32,000 nt of DNA. Source: Nitratidesulfovibrio vulgaris str. Hildenborough. Lineage in GTDB: Bacteria; Desulfobacterota; Desulfovibrionia; Desulfovibrionales; Desulfovibrionaceae. The position numbers and the translations under genes were made by a program. The stretch is taken from the NCBI RefSeq assembly GCF_000195755.1, contig NC_002937.3, positions 2,160,001 through 2,192,000 of the forward strand, written 5' to 3'. The notes below the pieces were generated by a model. It saw nothing but the letters and a program-made list of their open reading frames with translations, ran no database searches and was not told where the DNA came from. Shown here in pieces: positions 17,703-25,335 of the stretch. The first letter of the stretch is position 1. Each line of letters begins with the position of its first letter.

Positions 17703-18380
17703 ATGCGTATCGATGACAACGTTGTGGCAAGACATCCGGCGACCATCATGGGACTGCTGGAGGCGCAGGGGCTTACCGGGGCGGACACGGCAGGGTGGGA
17801 CTCGCTGAAGACCCGGGAGACCGAAACCTTCAGGCACCGGCTGCGCGACTACAACCGCAAGGCCGCATCACTCACCCACCCCGTATCGTGCTACACCCGC
17901 TATTACCGTCGATACGGCAAGTCGTATCCCGTTCAATTGCAGATGGAGTCAGTGGTGCTCAAGGCGAGGGATATCAAGGCCGCATGTCTTGCGGTGGAGA
18001 CCATGTTCCTTGCAGAAGTGCGCCACGGGTTGCTGGTCGCCGGACATGACACGGCGACCCTGCGGGGAGACTTCGTGCTGGATGCGGCAGCAGGTGGCGA
18101 GACGTTCACCACCGTCTCGGGGCAGTCGCGCACCCTGAAGGCGGACGACCTGTATCTGGCGGATGGGGATGTCATACTCTCCAGCGTGCTTGAGGGACAG
18201 GCGCAAGCGTCGTCACTCACGGCAGACAGCACCGACGTTCTCTACTGCGTGTACGGCGTTGAAGGCGTCACGCGCACAGACATGGAAGCCTTCTTCGATG
18301 ACCTCCGCCGCTACATCCTCACAGCCTACCCTCATGCCTCGGTCGGCTGCCCCGCCTATCACGCGGCGGTGCCGGCATGA
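17703..18380 (+). CDS. B3/B4-domain protein (PheT-beta-like, COG3382 type), 225 aa
   Basis: ORF track 17421..18380, whose 5' part overlaps the MocR gene. I trimmed the start to ATG 17703 (GGAGG at 17690..17694, 8-nt spacer). ATG 17670 is the alternative. My recollection of the family pattern is Y-x-R-x-Y ... L-x-G-D ... A-x-G-G-E-x-F ... L-x-x-x-D ... D ... T-x-x-V-L ... V-Y-G-V. The domain call comes from memory of family alignments and has not been searched. Confidence 0.5.
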   Translation: MRIDDNVVARHPATIMGLLEAQGLTGADTAGWDSLKTRETETFRHRLRDYNRKAASLTHPVSCYTRYYRRYGKSYPVQLQMESVVLKARDIKAACLAVETMFLAEVRHGLLVAGHDTATLRGDFVLDAAAGGETFTTVSGQSRTLKADDLYLADGDVILSSVLEGQAQASSLTADSTDVLYCVYGVEGVTRTDMEAFFDDLRRYILTAYPHASVGCPAYHAAVPA

Positions 18381-19297
18381 ACGTCAGACTCCGGGCATAC
18401 ATCCACCTGACCCTTGCCATGTGCATCGCGGGCAGCGCCGTCGTGGCAGGCAAACTCATGGTCTCGTCCATGCCGGTGTTCCTCGCTGCAGAGGCGGGAC
18501 TGCTTGCAAGCCTCGCCGTACAGGTGCCCTTCACCTTCATGATGAAGCGCGAACGCATCCCGGCCGACCTTTCTGTGCATCTGTACCTCGTCCTGCAGGC
18601 ACTGTTCGGCGTCGTACTCTACAGGGTCTTCATCTTTCAGGGATTGCAGCACACGACAGCCACCGTGGGAGGAGTGATAAGCAGCACCACACCGTTATGC
18701 ATCGTCCTGCTTTCGGCCATCTTCCTGCGCGAACACATCACGCGACGAACCATCGCAGGGGCCGTATGCGTCGTCACGGGACTTGCGACCATCAGCCTGA
18801 CGCCGCTCATGGACGCCACACCTGCCGCCACGGGTTCATTCACCGGCAACGTTCTCATCCTTGCGGCAGTCGTCAGCGAATCGGCCTTCTCCGTCATGAG
18901 CAGGGCCAAGCGTGACCACCTGTCGCCGCTGGCAAGGACAGCCATGGTCTCGGTGTATGCGGCCCTGTGCCTGCTGCCTTTCGCCATTCACGATGCCCTG
19001 CACTATGACATGGCGACACTGGATGCCGAGACCCTTTCGTGCATCGCCTACTACGGAGTCTTCGTGTCGTTCCTGTCGTACCTGCTGTGGTTCAAGGGCG
19101 TCGCCGTCATCGCCGCAGGGACCGCAGCATCCTTCACCGGACTCATCCCTCTCAGCAGCATGGGCATCGCATGGCTGGTCCTGAACGAGACGATAACCTC
19201 TGCCCATATCGCGGGACTCGCCTGCGTGGGCGCGGGAATCGTCATCGCCTGTATTCGTCCGGCGACCAGTCCCACAACGTCGAGCGTAGCGGTCTGA
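18377..19297 (+). CDS. EamA/DMT-family transporter, 10 predicted TM helices
   Basis: ORF track. Two EamA halves of alternating hydrophobic helices. Its ATG at 18377 overlaps the upstream TGA (ATGA), which implies co-translation with the B3/4 gene. Confidence 0.85.
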   Translation: MNVRLRAYIHLTLAMCIAGSAVVAGKLMVSSMPVFLAAEAGLLASLAVQVPFTFMMKRERIPADLSVHLYLVLQALFGVVLYRVFIFQGLQHTTATVGGVISSTTPLCIVLLSAIFLREHITRRTIAGAVCVVTGLATISLTPLMDATPAATGSFTGNVLILAAVVSESAFSVMSRAKRDHLSPLARTAMVSVYAALCLLPFAIHDALHYDMATLDAETLSCIAYYGVFVSFLSYLLWFKGVAVIAAGTAASFTGLIPLSSMGIAWLVLNETITSAHIAGLACVGAGIVIACIRPATSPTTSSVAV

Positions 19298-19473
19298 CCC
19301 CGTGACCTCTTCAGATTCCAGCCGGACAGGCAACGACTGCCCCCGTCGCACCCGAAGACATGCCTCCAAGACCGTATCACCCAGCAGCCCATCAAGTGTT
19401 TTTCATTTCATCCCGTGCAGATATAAAAAAACAAATGCTCATTACCAAAAAATAATACTGTAGCACCATCACA

Positions 19474-19489
19474 AGGTACACACCTTGCT
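19474..19489 (+). promoter_or_regulatory. Candidate sigma-54 (-24/-12) promoter upstream of the EF-hand gene
   Basis: AGGTACACACCTTGCT compared with the consensus TGGCACG-N4-TTGCW. GG at 19475-76 and GC at 19487-88 have the exact 12-nt register, and TTGCT is intact. There are two mismatches in the -24 box. An AT-rich tract at 19397..19460 lies upstream. Motif match only. Confidence 0.35.
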
Positions 19490-19567
19490 TCCACCGTCAC
19501 CGTTACATGTTGCGGCATTTTTTTCCGAAAACGGGCAAGGAGGGCACCCCGGACGCAGGAGGTGACC

Positions 19568-20404
19568 ATGAGCATCGAGGCAACTGGACTGGGAAGCGGC
19601 GGATTGCAGGGCATCTGGCCCCACAAGGGCAGGGGCGTCACGTCGCGAGTGGCGAACATGATGCTGAAGGAGATGGATGCCGATGCAGACGGCAAGCTGT
19701 CACAGACGGAATCGGGCCTGTCCGAGACGGCATTCAAGGGGCTTGATACCGACGAGGACGGTTCCGTAAGCCGCAAGGAACTGAAGGCGGGGCTGCGCAG
19801 CAGGCGTGACCAGCTCATGTCCATGCTCGAACAAGGGCCGGACGAGGGAGACGACTCCACGGCGCAGCAGACCGGGCAGACCGGGCAGACCGGGCAGACC
19901 GGGCAAACAGGGCAAACAGGGCAGGCCGGGCAAGTAGGGGCTGCCGCCGGACTGGTGAAGAACATCCTTTCCAAGCGGGATGCAGACGCCGATGGCACCC
20001 TGTCAGAAGAGGAGGCGGGCCTCTCTTCGACGACGTTCGACTCTTTCGACACCAATCAGGACGGGGTGCTCAGCGCCGAAGAACTCGCGGCGGGCTTCGA
20101 CAAGATGTTCGAGACCATGCGCGCCCTGCGAGACATGATGGGCAACGAGGAACACGCCGGGCCGGGGGCCATGCAACGCGCCGTGGCCGCCTACAAGGGG
20201 CAGATGAGCGGGCTCATGAAGGGCCTGTTCGAGACCGAGACCGACAGCGCGGGGGCCGAGACCTCTGGCACTGCGTCAGATACGGCAGCCACCGGCACGG
20301 TAGCGACGGACACGGCAACGACTGGCACGGGAACAACTGGCACGACGACAGCAGGAACAGGCACGACCGAGAGCACCACTTCCGGCATTTCTGCCACAGT
20401 CTGA
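19568..20404 (+). CDS. Four-EF-hand calcium-binding-motif protein with a Q-T-G repeat linker and a T/G-rich tail, 278 aa
   Basis: ORF track 19562..20404. ATG 19568 is preferred, since AGGAGG at 19557..19562 lies 5 nt upstream. Four canonical 12-residue loops: DADADGKLSQTE, DTDEDGSVSRKE, DADADGTLSEEE, DTNQDGVLSAEE. No signal peptide. Confidence 0.8.
   Translation: MSIEATGLGSGGLQGIWPHKGRGVTSRVANMMLKEMDADADGKLSQTESGLSETAFKGLDTDEDGSVSRKELKAGLRSRRDQLMSMLEQGPDEGDDSTAQQTGQTGQTGQTGQTGQTGQAGQVGAAAGLVKNILSKRDADADGTLSEEEAGLSSTTFDSFDTNQDGVLSAEELAAGFDKMFETMRALRDMMGNEEHAGPGAMQRAVAAYKGQMSGLMKGLFETETDSAGAETSGTASDTAATGTVATDTATTGTGTTGTTTAGTGTTESTTSGISATV
19868..19939 (+). repeat. In-frame 9-bp tandem repeat, 8 units, inside the EF-hand gene
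   Basis: CAGACCGGG x4 (19868..19903), CAAACAGGG x2 (19904..19921), then CAGGCCGGG and CAAGTAGGG. It encodes QTGQTGQTGQTGQTGQTGQAGQVG. Confidence 0.95.
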
Positions 20405-20538
20405 CGCCTGCACCACGGCACGCCATCCTTGGCGTGGTTCAGGCCCACACGCATCACGACGGTGCAGAATGGGGGCGGCACAGGACAGGCCGCCCGCACC
20501 GGAAGAAGAACGATGACAAAGGCACCGCAAGCGCCAAC

Positions 20539-21219
20539 CTATCCGGCCTGTGGGCTATCCGTGCCCGCAGCCGCCACGCCACGCATGGCCCGCCGCACCG
20601 TTTGTACCTGTGCGACGATGTCCACTGCACCCACTATCTCCGACACCAGCGCGCAACACCGGGCGCCGTGGGCTGCCACCTCGCCGATGTTATGCAGCTT
20701 GATGCCGCCGATGGCCACGAAGGGGATATCAAGATGCGTCACGACCCAGTCGAGGTATGCGTACCCCACCGGGTCGCATACGTCCTTCTTGGTCTTGGTG
20801 GCGAAGATGGGGCCGACGCCGATGTAGTCGACCCCGGCAGCCACTGCGGCCATGGCCTGTTCCGGCGAATGCGTGGAGAGGCCGATGGCCCTGTCCGGCC
20901 CGATGAGACGCCTGACCTCGCCCACGGGCAGGTCATCCTGTCCGATGTGAACCCCGTCGGCATCGCAGAGTATGGCGATGTCCACATGGTCGTTGACGAT
21001 GAAGCACGCTCCTGCCTCGCGGGTCATACGCCGCAGTTCAAGGCACTCGCGCAGCATCTCGCCAGCCTTCTTCTCTTTTTCGCGGTATTGTATGATACGC
21101 GCCCCGGCTTGCAGCATGGCGTCGACGACATCCACAGTCGGCCGCCCGAGACAGAGACCGGAATCTGTCAGACAGTAGATGTCGGCATCAGGAGTCGTGC
21201 CGGGCAGAATGACGGGCAT
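20539..21219 (-). CDS. thiE: Thiamine-phosphate synthase
   Basis: ORF track. Motifs IIQYREK, FIVNDHVDIA, DGVHIGQDD, IGLSTH, DYIGVGPIFATKTK, FVAIGGI. Strong SD GGAGG at 21231..21227. Confidence 0.9.
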   Translation of the reverse strand: MPVILPGTTPDADIYCLTDSGLCLGRPTVDVVDAMLQAGARIIQYREKEKKAGEMLRECLELRRMTREAGACFIVNDHVDIAILCDADGVHIGQDDLPVGEVRRLIGPDRAIGLSTHSPEQAMAAVAAGVDYIGVGPIFATKTKKDVCDPVGYAYLDWVVTHLDIPFVAIGGIKLHNIGEVAAHGARCCALVSEIVGAVDIVAQVQTVRRAMRGVAAAGTDSPQAG

Positions 21220-21487
21220 GAGGCCACCTCCAGTGATGAATGAAAACGGGTTGTCGGGTACAGGCCCTGAATTAGTCAGCAGTGCCGGGACGCTGCGGCC
21301 TCAGATGCTACAGGGATGGCCCCGATACTTGTCGAACGGTCAGCCCTTCGACCGGCCGACCGGCTGACGGGGGCACTGGTCGGGCAGCTGACCGGCAAAG
21401 GGCCGGACTTGACCGACATGTTCGCCTAGGGGACTGCCCCCCGTCCGCGGGGCACGGCAGGGTATGTGCCAAACCTCCGGGCAACAG

Positions 21488-22129
21488 CTAGCGGTGGTTC
21501 ATGGCGGGACACGGGCCCAGCAGACGCGCAAGCACCGCATCGGCCTGCATCGCAGCGGCCATGACGACACGGGGGGCGAGCGGCGGGAGGCCCGGCCCGA
21601 CCTCGTTGGTGAAGTCACCCACGACGACCATGCTCTCTCCGAGATGCCGTTCCCGCATGGGTGGGCCGCCCCACCCGCCCATGCCGGAGGCGCACACTAC
21701 CGGGCGCCCTGCCCCCATCAACGTCTCGGCAAGCATCCGTTTGGTGGCGGCGTCATCGACAGCCTCCACCACCACATCGCATCCGCCAAAGATACCTATG
21801 ATATTGCCGTCTTCCAACTGCTGCACATGCACGACGAGGTCGACAGCGGGGTTGATGGCCCGCAGCACGTCAGCCAGTGCTTCGGCCTTGGGCCTGCCCA
21901 CATCGGCGGCGAGGTAGTGCTGGCGGTTCAGATTGGAGGGTTCGACCACATCATGGTCGACCAGCACGAACCGCCCCACGCCGCTGCGGGCAAGCAGCAC
22001 GGCGCAGTTCGACCCAAGCCCGCCAGCGCCCGCGATACCGACAGTGGCCTTACGCAACCGGTCACGCAGGGAGGGTTCGAGATAGCGGGACACCCCGTCC
22101 TCGAAAAGGCTCACTATCGGGCCTCGCAT
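21488..22129 (-). CDS. thiF: ThiS adenylyltransferase (short ThiF/MoeB-family E1-like enzyme)
   Basis: ORF track. Nucleotide-binding motif VGIAGAGGLGSNCAVLLARSGVGRFVLVDHDVVEPSNLNRQ. Located in the thi operon. Its ATG at 22129 overlaps the thiH 3' end by 16 nt. Confidence 0.85.
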   Translation of the reverse strand: MRGPIVSLFEDGVSRYLEPSLRDRLRKATVGIAGAGGLGSNCAVLLARSGVGRFVLVDHDVVEPSNLNRQHYLAADVGRPKAEALADVLRAINPAVDLVVHVQQLEDGNIIGIFGGCDVVVEAVDDAATKRMLAETLMGAGRPVVCASGMGGWGGPPMRERHLGESMVVVGDFTNEVGPGLPPLAPRVVMAAAMQADAVLARLLGPCPAMNHR

Positions 22130-23448
22130 CGGACTGTGCCATCGGCATGGCCCGCTGCGCCACAGGCGTAGACGTTGTCTTGCGGGGGTTCCCAGTCCTT
22201 GAACACCGGCTGGTAGCCCCGTGCGGTGATGGCAGACACCATCTCCTCGACACTACGGTCATCAGAGATGTCGAACTGGCTTGGCCCCGCGTCAGCACCC
22301 TGCTGAAGGTCTTCAGTCACGGCATGTGCCATGCCTGATGTCATATCCACCTTCGTGGAACGGCCTGACAGGTCGCCTGTCGCATCGCCAGACGATATGG
22401 CTGTGCTTGCGGCTATCGCTGCGGCGGCCCCTTCGGTCGAAGCCACGTTGCCGTCTCCGCCTGCGGCATGTCCACCCACCGCCGTGGAAACCCCTGCGGA
22501 CATGCGCGTCACGCCAAGGGGAATGAGATTGTCGCGGAACGCCGCGGCCTCACGACTGGAAACGGTGATGCCCGCCGTGGGCATGAAGATGCGGTACGCC
22601 GTGAGAATCTGCACCAGTTCACGATCGGAGACGGGGTGCTGCGGCTCGAAACTGCCCGTGTGCGGCCTCATGCGAGGCACCGAGAAGCTGACCTCCGTAG
22701 CCGGATAATACCGTTGCAACCACGCCCCGTGCATGGCGGTGTAGAACGCATCGCGCCGCCAGTCGTCCAGACCGAGCAAGGCCCCGAGGCCGACGCTCCG
22801 CATTCCCCCGAGGCAACCACGCTCCGGCGCGTCAAGCCGGAAACGGAAGTCGCGCTTGGGCCCTGCGGGGTGCAGCCATGCGTAGAGTCCGGGGTTGTAG
22901 GTCTCCTGGAACATCGTCAGCGACTCCACCCCTCCCGCCACGAGTTCGGCATACTCCTCGACCTGCATGGCATAGACTTCCACACCAATGGAGGGGAAAA
23001 GAGGCCGAAGCCGGTGTGCCGCCTCGGCGATGTAGGACACCGTGGAAATGCGCGGGGCATCGCCCGTGAGCAGCAGCAACTGACGCAGCCCCGTACTGGC
23101 GATGGCGCGCCCCTCTGCCATGATCCTCTCTGCGTCCAGCTGGTCGCGCCGGATATGGTTGCGGGCGTTGAACCCGCAGTAACGGCACTGGTTGGTGCAA
23201 TGGTTGGCGAGGTACAGCGGGGTGAACAGCTGTATGGTGCGCCCGAAATGCCGCACGGTAAGCTCATGGGCGCGCTGCGCCATGTCCTCGAGGTACGGCA
23301 TGGCCGCCGGAGACAGCAGGGCGGCGAGGTCGGCGGGGCCGGGCCGCGTAGCCGCCAGCGCCCGCAGGACGTCATCCGCCGTGGACGATGCGATGAGCGC
23401 GTCCAGCGTCTCGTGAGGCCAGCGGGCCAGTTCATCGTAGAAGCTCAT
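22114..23448 (-). CDS. thiH: 2-iminoacetate synthase ThiH (radical SAM), 444 aa
   Basis: ORF track 22114..23655. I trimmed the start to ATG 23448 (MSFYDELARW), which lies 2 nt after the thiG stop. Radical-SAM cluster CTNQCRYCGF. The conserved C-terminus QFDISDDRSVEEMVSAITARGYQPVFKDW is preceded by a low-complexity insertion. Confidence 0.9.
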   Translation of the reverse strand: MSFYDELARWPHETLDALIASSTADDVLRALAATRPGPADLAALLSPAAMPYLEDMAQRAHELTVRHFGRTIQLFTPLYLANHCTNQCRYCGFNARNHIRRDQLDAERIMAEGRAIASTGLRQLLLLTGDAPRISTVSYIAEAAHRLRPLFPSIGVEVYAMQVEEYAELVAGGVESLTMFQETYNPGLYAWLHPAGPKRDFRFRLDAPERGCLGGMRSVGLGALLGLDDWRRDAFYTAMHGAWLQRYYPATEVSFSVPRMRPHTGSFEPQHPVSDRELVQILTAYRIFMPTAGITVSSREAAAFRDNLIPLGVTRMSAGVSTAVGGHAAGGDGNVASTEGAAAAIAASTAISSGDATGDLSGRSTKVDMTSGMAHAVTEDLQQGADAGPSQFDISDDRSVEEMVSAITARGYQPVFKDWEPPQDNVYACGAAGHADGTVRCEAR

Positions 23449-23450
23449 GA

Positions 23451-24248
23451 TCACGCCTGCCCGCCAAGGAAGCCCGTCAGCGGCGACGATGCCTCGGCCC
23501 TGCCGTCGAGCACACGGCCCGCACGGGCGAGAAAGGCACGCCGTCCCGCGCGCACGGCCTCGCCAAAGGCCCGCGCCATGGCGACGGGGTCTCCGGCGCT
23601 TGCGATGGCGGTGTTCACAAGGCACGCCGCCGCGCCCATCTCCATGGCATCGCACGCCTCCGAAGGCTTGCCGATGCCCGCATCCACCACGATGGGCAGC
23701 GACATCTCCTCGATGAGGATGCCGATCATCTCACGGGTGCGCAGCCCCCGGTTCGTACCGATAGGCGCACCGAGTGGCATGATGGCGGCGGCCCCGGCAT
23801 TCTCGAGGTCGCGGGCCACATAGAGGTCGGGGTTCATGTAGGGCAGCACCGTAAAGCCCTCGGCGGCGAGAATCTCCGTGGCGCGTGCCGTGGCGTATCC
23901 GTCGGGCAGCAGATAGCGGCTGTCCGAGATGATCTCGATCTTGATCCAGTCACCGCACCCTGCGGCGCGTGCCAGCCGGGCGATGCGGACGGCCTCGTCG
24001 ACCGTCCGCGCCCCGGATGTGTTGGGCAGAAGCCGCATGTGCGCGGGGATGTGCGCCAGCACGTTGCCCTTGGGGTTGCCAAGGTCTACGCGCCGGAGCG
24101 CCACGGTGATGACCTGCGAGCCGGAGGCATCGGCCACGGCAGGGATGAGCGCATCCGTACCGTATTTGCCCGTGCCGATGAAAAGGCGGCTTTCAAGCGC
24201 CTGTCCGCCCAGCACGAACGTGTCGTCGTGTCGTGTGTCGTGTGTCAT
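23451..24248 (-). CDS. thiG: Thiazole synthase
   Basis: ORF track. Motifs [51 protein letters not shown]. Its start overlaps the thiS stop (TAATG). Confidence 0.95.
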   Translation of the reverse strand: MTHDTRHDDTFVLGGQALESRLFIGTGKYGTDALIPAVADASGSQVITVALRRVDLGNPKGNVLAHIPAHMRLLPNTSGARTVDEAVRIARLARAAGCGDWIKIEIISDSRYLLPDGYATARATEILAAEGFTVLPYMNPDLYVARDLENAGAAAIMPLGAPIGTNRGLRTREMIGILIEEMSLPIVVDAGIGKPSEACDAMEMGAAACLVNTAIASAGDPVAMARAFGEAVRAGRRAFLARAGRVLDGRAEASSPLTGFLGGQA

Positions 24249-24448
24249 TAGCCTCCTCCCACAAAATGAAGGATTTCCAGTGTGTCACCCTGTTCGAGGC
24301 CCATGTCTCCGAACGCCTCGGCCTTCACGATGGTCCCGTTACGCTCGACGACGACGGTACGGGGGTCGAGCCCCTGCCGCCCCAGAAGGGCGAGCAGCGT
24401 AACGCCGTCTTCGCAAGCGACTTCATGACCGTTCACAACTATCGTCAT
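24248..24448 (-). CDS. thiS: Sulfur-carrier protein ThiS, 66 aa, C-terminal GG
   Basis: ORF track. [10 protein letters not shown] ... [18 protein letters not shown] at 24462..24457, 8 nt before the ATG. Confidence 0.9.
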   Translation of the reverse strand: MTIVVNGHEVACEDGVTLLALLGRQGLDPRTVVVERNGTIVKAEAFGDMGLEQGDTLEILHFVGGG

Positions 24449-24560
24449 CGCCGTCTCTCCTTCTGCCGGGTTGTCTGCTGACGCCTGCCAAGGCCGACCG
24501 CCCCGCCTGCCCTGCCGCCATAGTCGCAGGCAGGGCGCAAAGGCGATGCGGCGGGCGCCG

Positions 24561-24698
24561 GAAAAACAGAACGCCCATCCGCAGAGGATGGGCGTACGGA
24601 CGCATGTCCGGTGCGCGGCTTCCCTACGGCAGTGCTAACTGCGTCAGGTTCACAGGGTCTGGGACGAACCCACTCTCAGCCCGAAGGCTCCCCTAGCT
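24561..24698 (-). promoter_or_regulatory. TPP riboswitch, promoter-distal / thiS-proximal copy (aptamer plus intrinsic terminator)
   Basis: The minus-strand aptamer at 24696..24618 reads CUAGGGGAGCCUUCGGGCUGAGAGUGGGUUCGUCCCAGACCCUGUGAACCUGACGCAGUUAGCACUGCCGUAGGGAAGC. It carries the THI-box hallmarks GGGG, CUGAGA, ACCC, AACCUGA and CGUAGGGAA. The terminator is GCCCAUCC-UCUGC-GGAUGGGC (24593..24573) with the tail GUUCUGUUUUUC. Confidence 0.9.
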
Positions 24699-24726
24699 CC
24701 GGTCGCGACGGCGACCGCTGATACTC

Positions 24727-24864
24727 GAAAAACAAAAAAGCCCATCCGCAGAGGATGGGCGAACGGACGTTGTCCGGCGCTCAGCTTCCCTACGGCAGTG
24801 TGAACTGCGTCAGGTTCACAGGGTCTGGGACGTGCCCACTCTCAGCCCGAAGGCTCCCCTAGCT
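24727..24864 (-). promoter_or_regulatory. TPP riboswitch, promoter-proximal copy (aptamer plus intrinsic terminator)
   Basis: A second aptamer at 24862..24784, nearly identical to the first and offset by 166 nt. The terminator stem-loop is identical (24760..24740), with the tail UUUUUUGUUUUUC (24739..24727). Confidence 0.9.
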
Positions 24865-24874
24865 GACTGAACGC

Positions 24875-24904
24875 ACAGTAGCCTCCCGTGTCTGGTCTTG
24901 TAAA
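24875..24904 (-). promoter_or_regulatory. Candidate sigma-70 promoter of the thi leader
   Basis: On the minus strand, TTACAA (24903..24898), a 17-nt spacer, then TACTGT (24880..24875). This places the transcription start a few nt before the first aptamer. Weak motif match. Confidence 0.3.
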
Positions 24905-25335
24905 GCCCTTCGAGGCGAAAATCGCAGGTGTGTCGCCCCTGCGGCCGCACTCCGGACAGTGGCGACCCCACGCTCATGCGGCAACCACCTGCCACGACAG
25001 AAGTTCGCGCGGGAAGCAGGCACAGGGGACACAACCGAAGCACGTGCCACATGGAGATGCCACCATGTCACAGCCCCCTTACCGGTCATTCACAAGGGCA
25101 CAAACCGCTACAGGCGGGCATCCCCTCCCTGCATCGGGAGACTGACGCAGCACCTGACGCCCCCCCATGCGCAATGATGCACTCTCCCATCATACCGAAG
25201 TGGTTGCCGACTTGTGCACTATTGAAGCATGATGCAACCGACCGACTCGACTCATGCCGCGAACTTCCATGCTTATTCCGCGACGCTGGCGACGACAGGC
25301 AGTATTGAACCGCACCCGGACACAGGATAGACACC

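Noticed and set aside
19408-20055. 215-aa minus-strand ORF containing a striking CPVCPVCPVCPVCPV repeat.
   Set aside because: The repeat is simply the reverse complement of the 9-bp microsatellite in the EF-hand gene. The plus-strand frame has four canonical EF-hand loops and a strong SD, whereas the minus ORF has neither an SD nor any motifs.
21220-21487. Possible third TPP riboswitch or small gene in the thiF-thiE spacer.
   Set aside because: Reading the minus strand, I could not find the CUGAGA, ACCUGA and GUAGGGAA elements in the proper order. The only ATG ORF (52 codons) lacks an SD and has mixed codon usage. The region is kept as an unexplained spacer in the findings.
23449-23655. 69-codon N-terminal extension of the thiH track ORF ([25 protein letters not shown]...).
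   Set aside because: It lies entirely inside thiG in another frame and is arginine-rich nonsense. The conserved ThiH sequence begins at MSFYDE, directly after the thiG stop.
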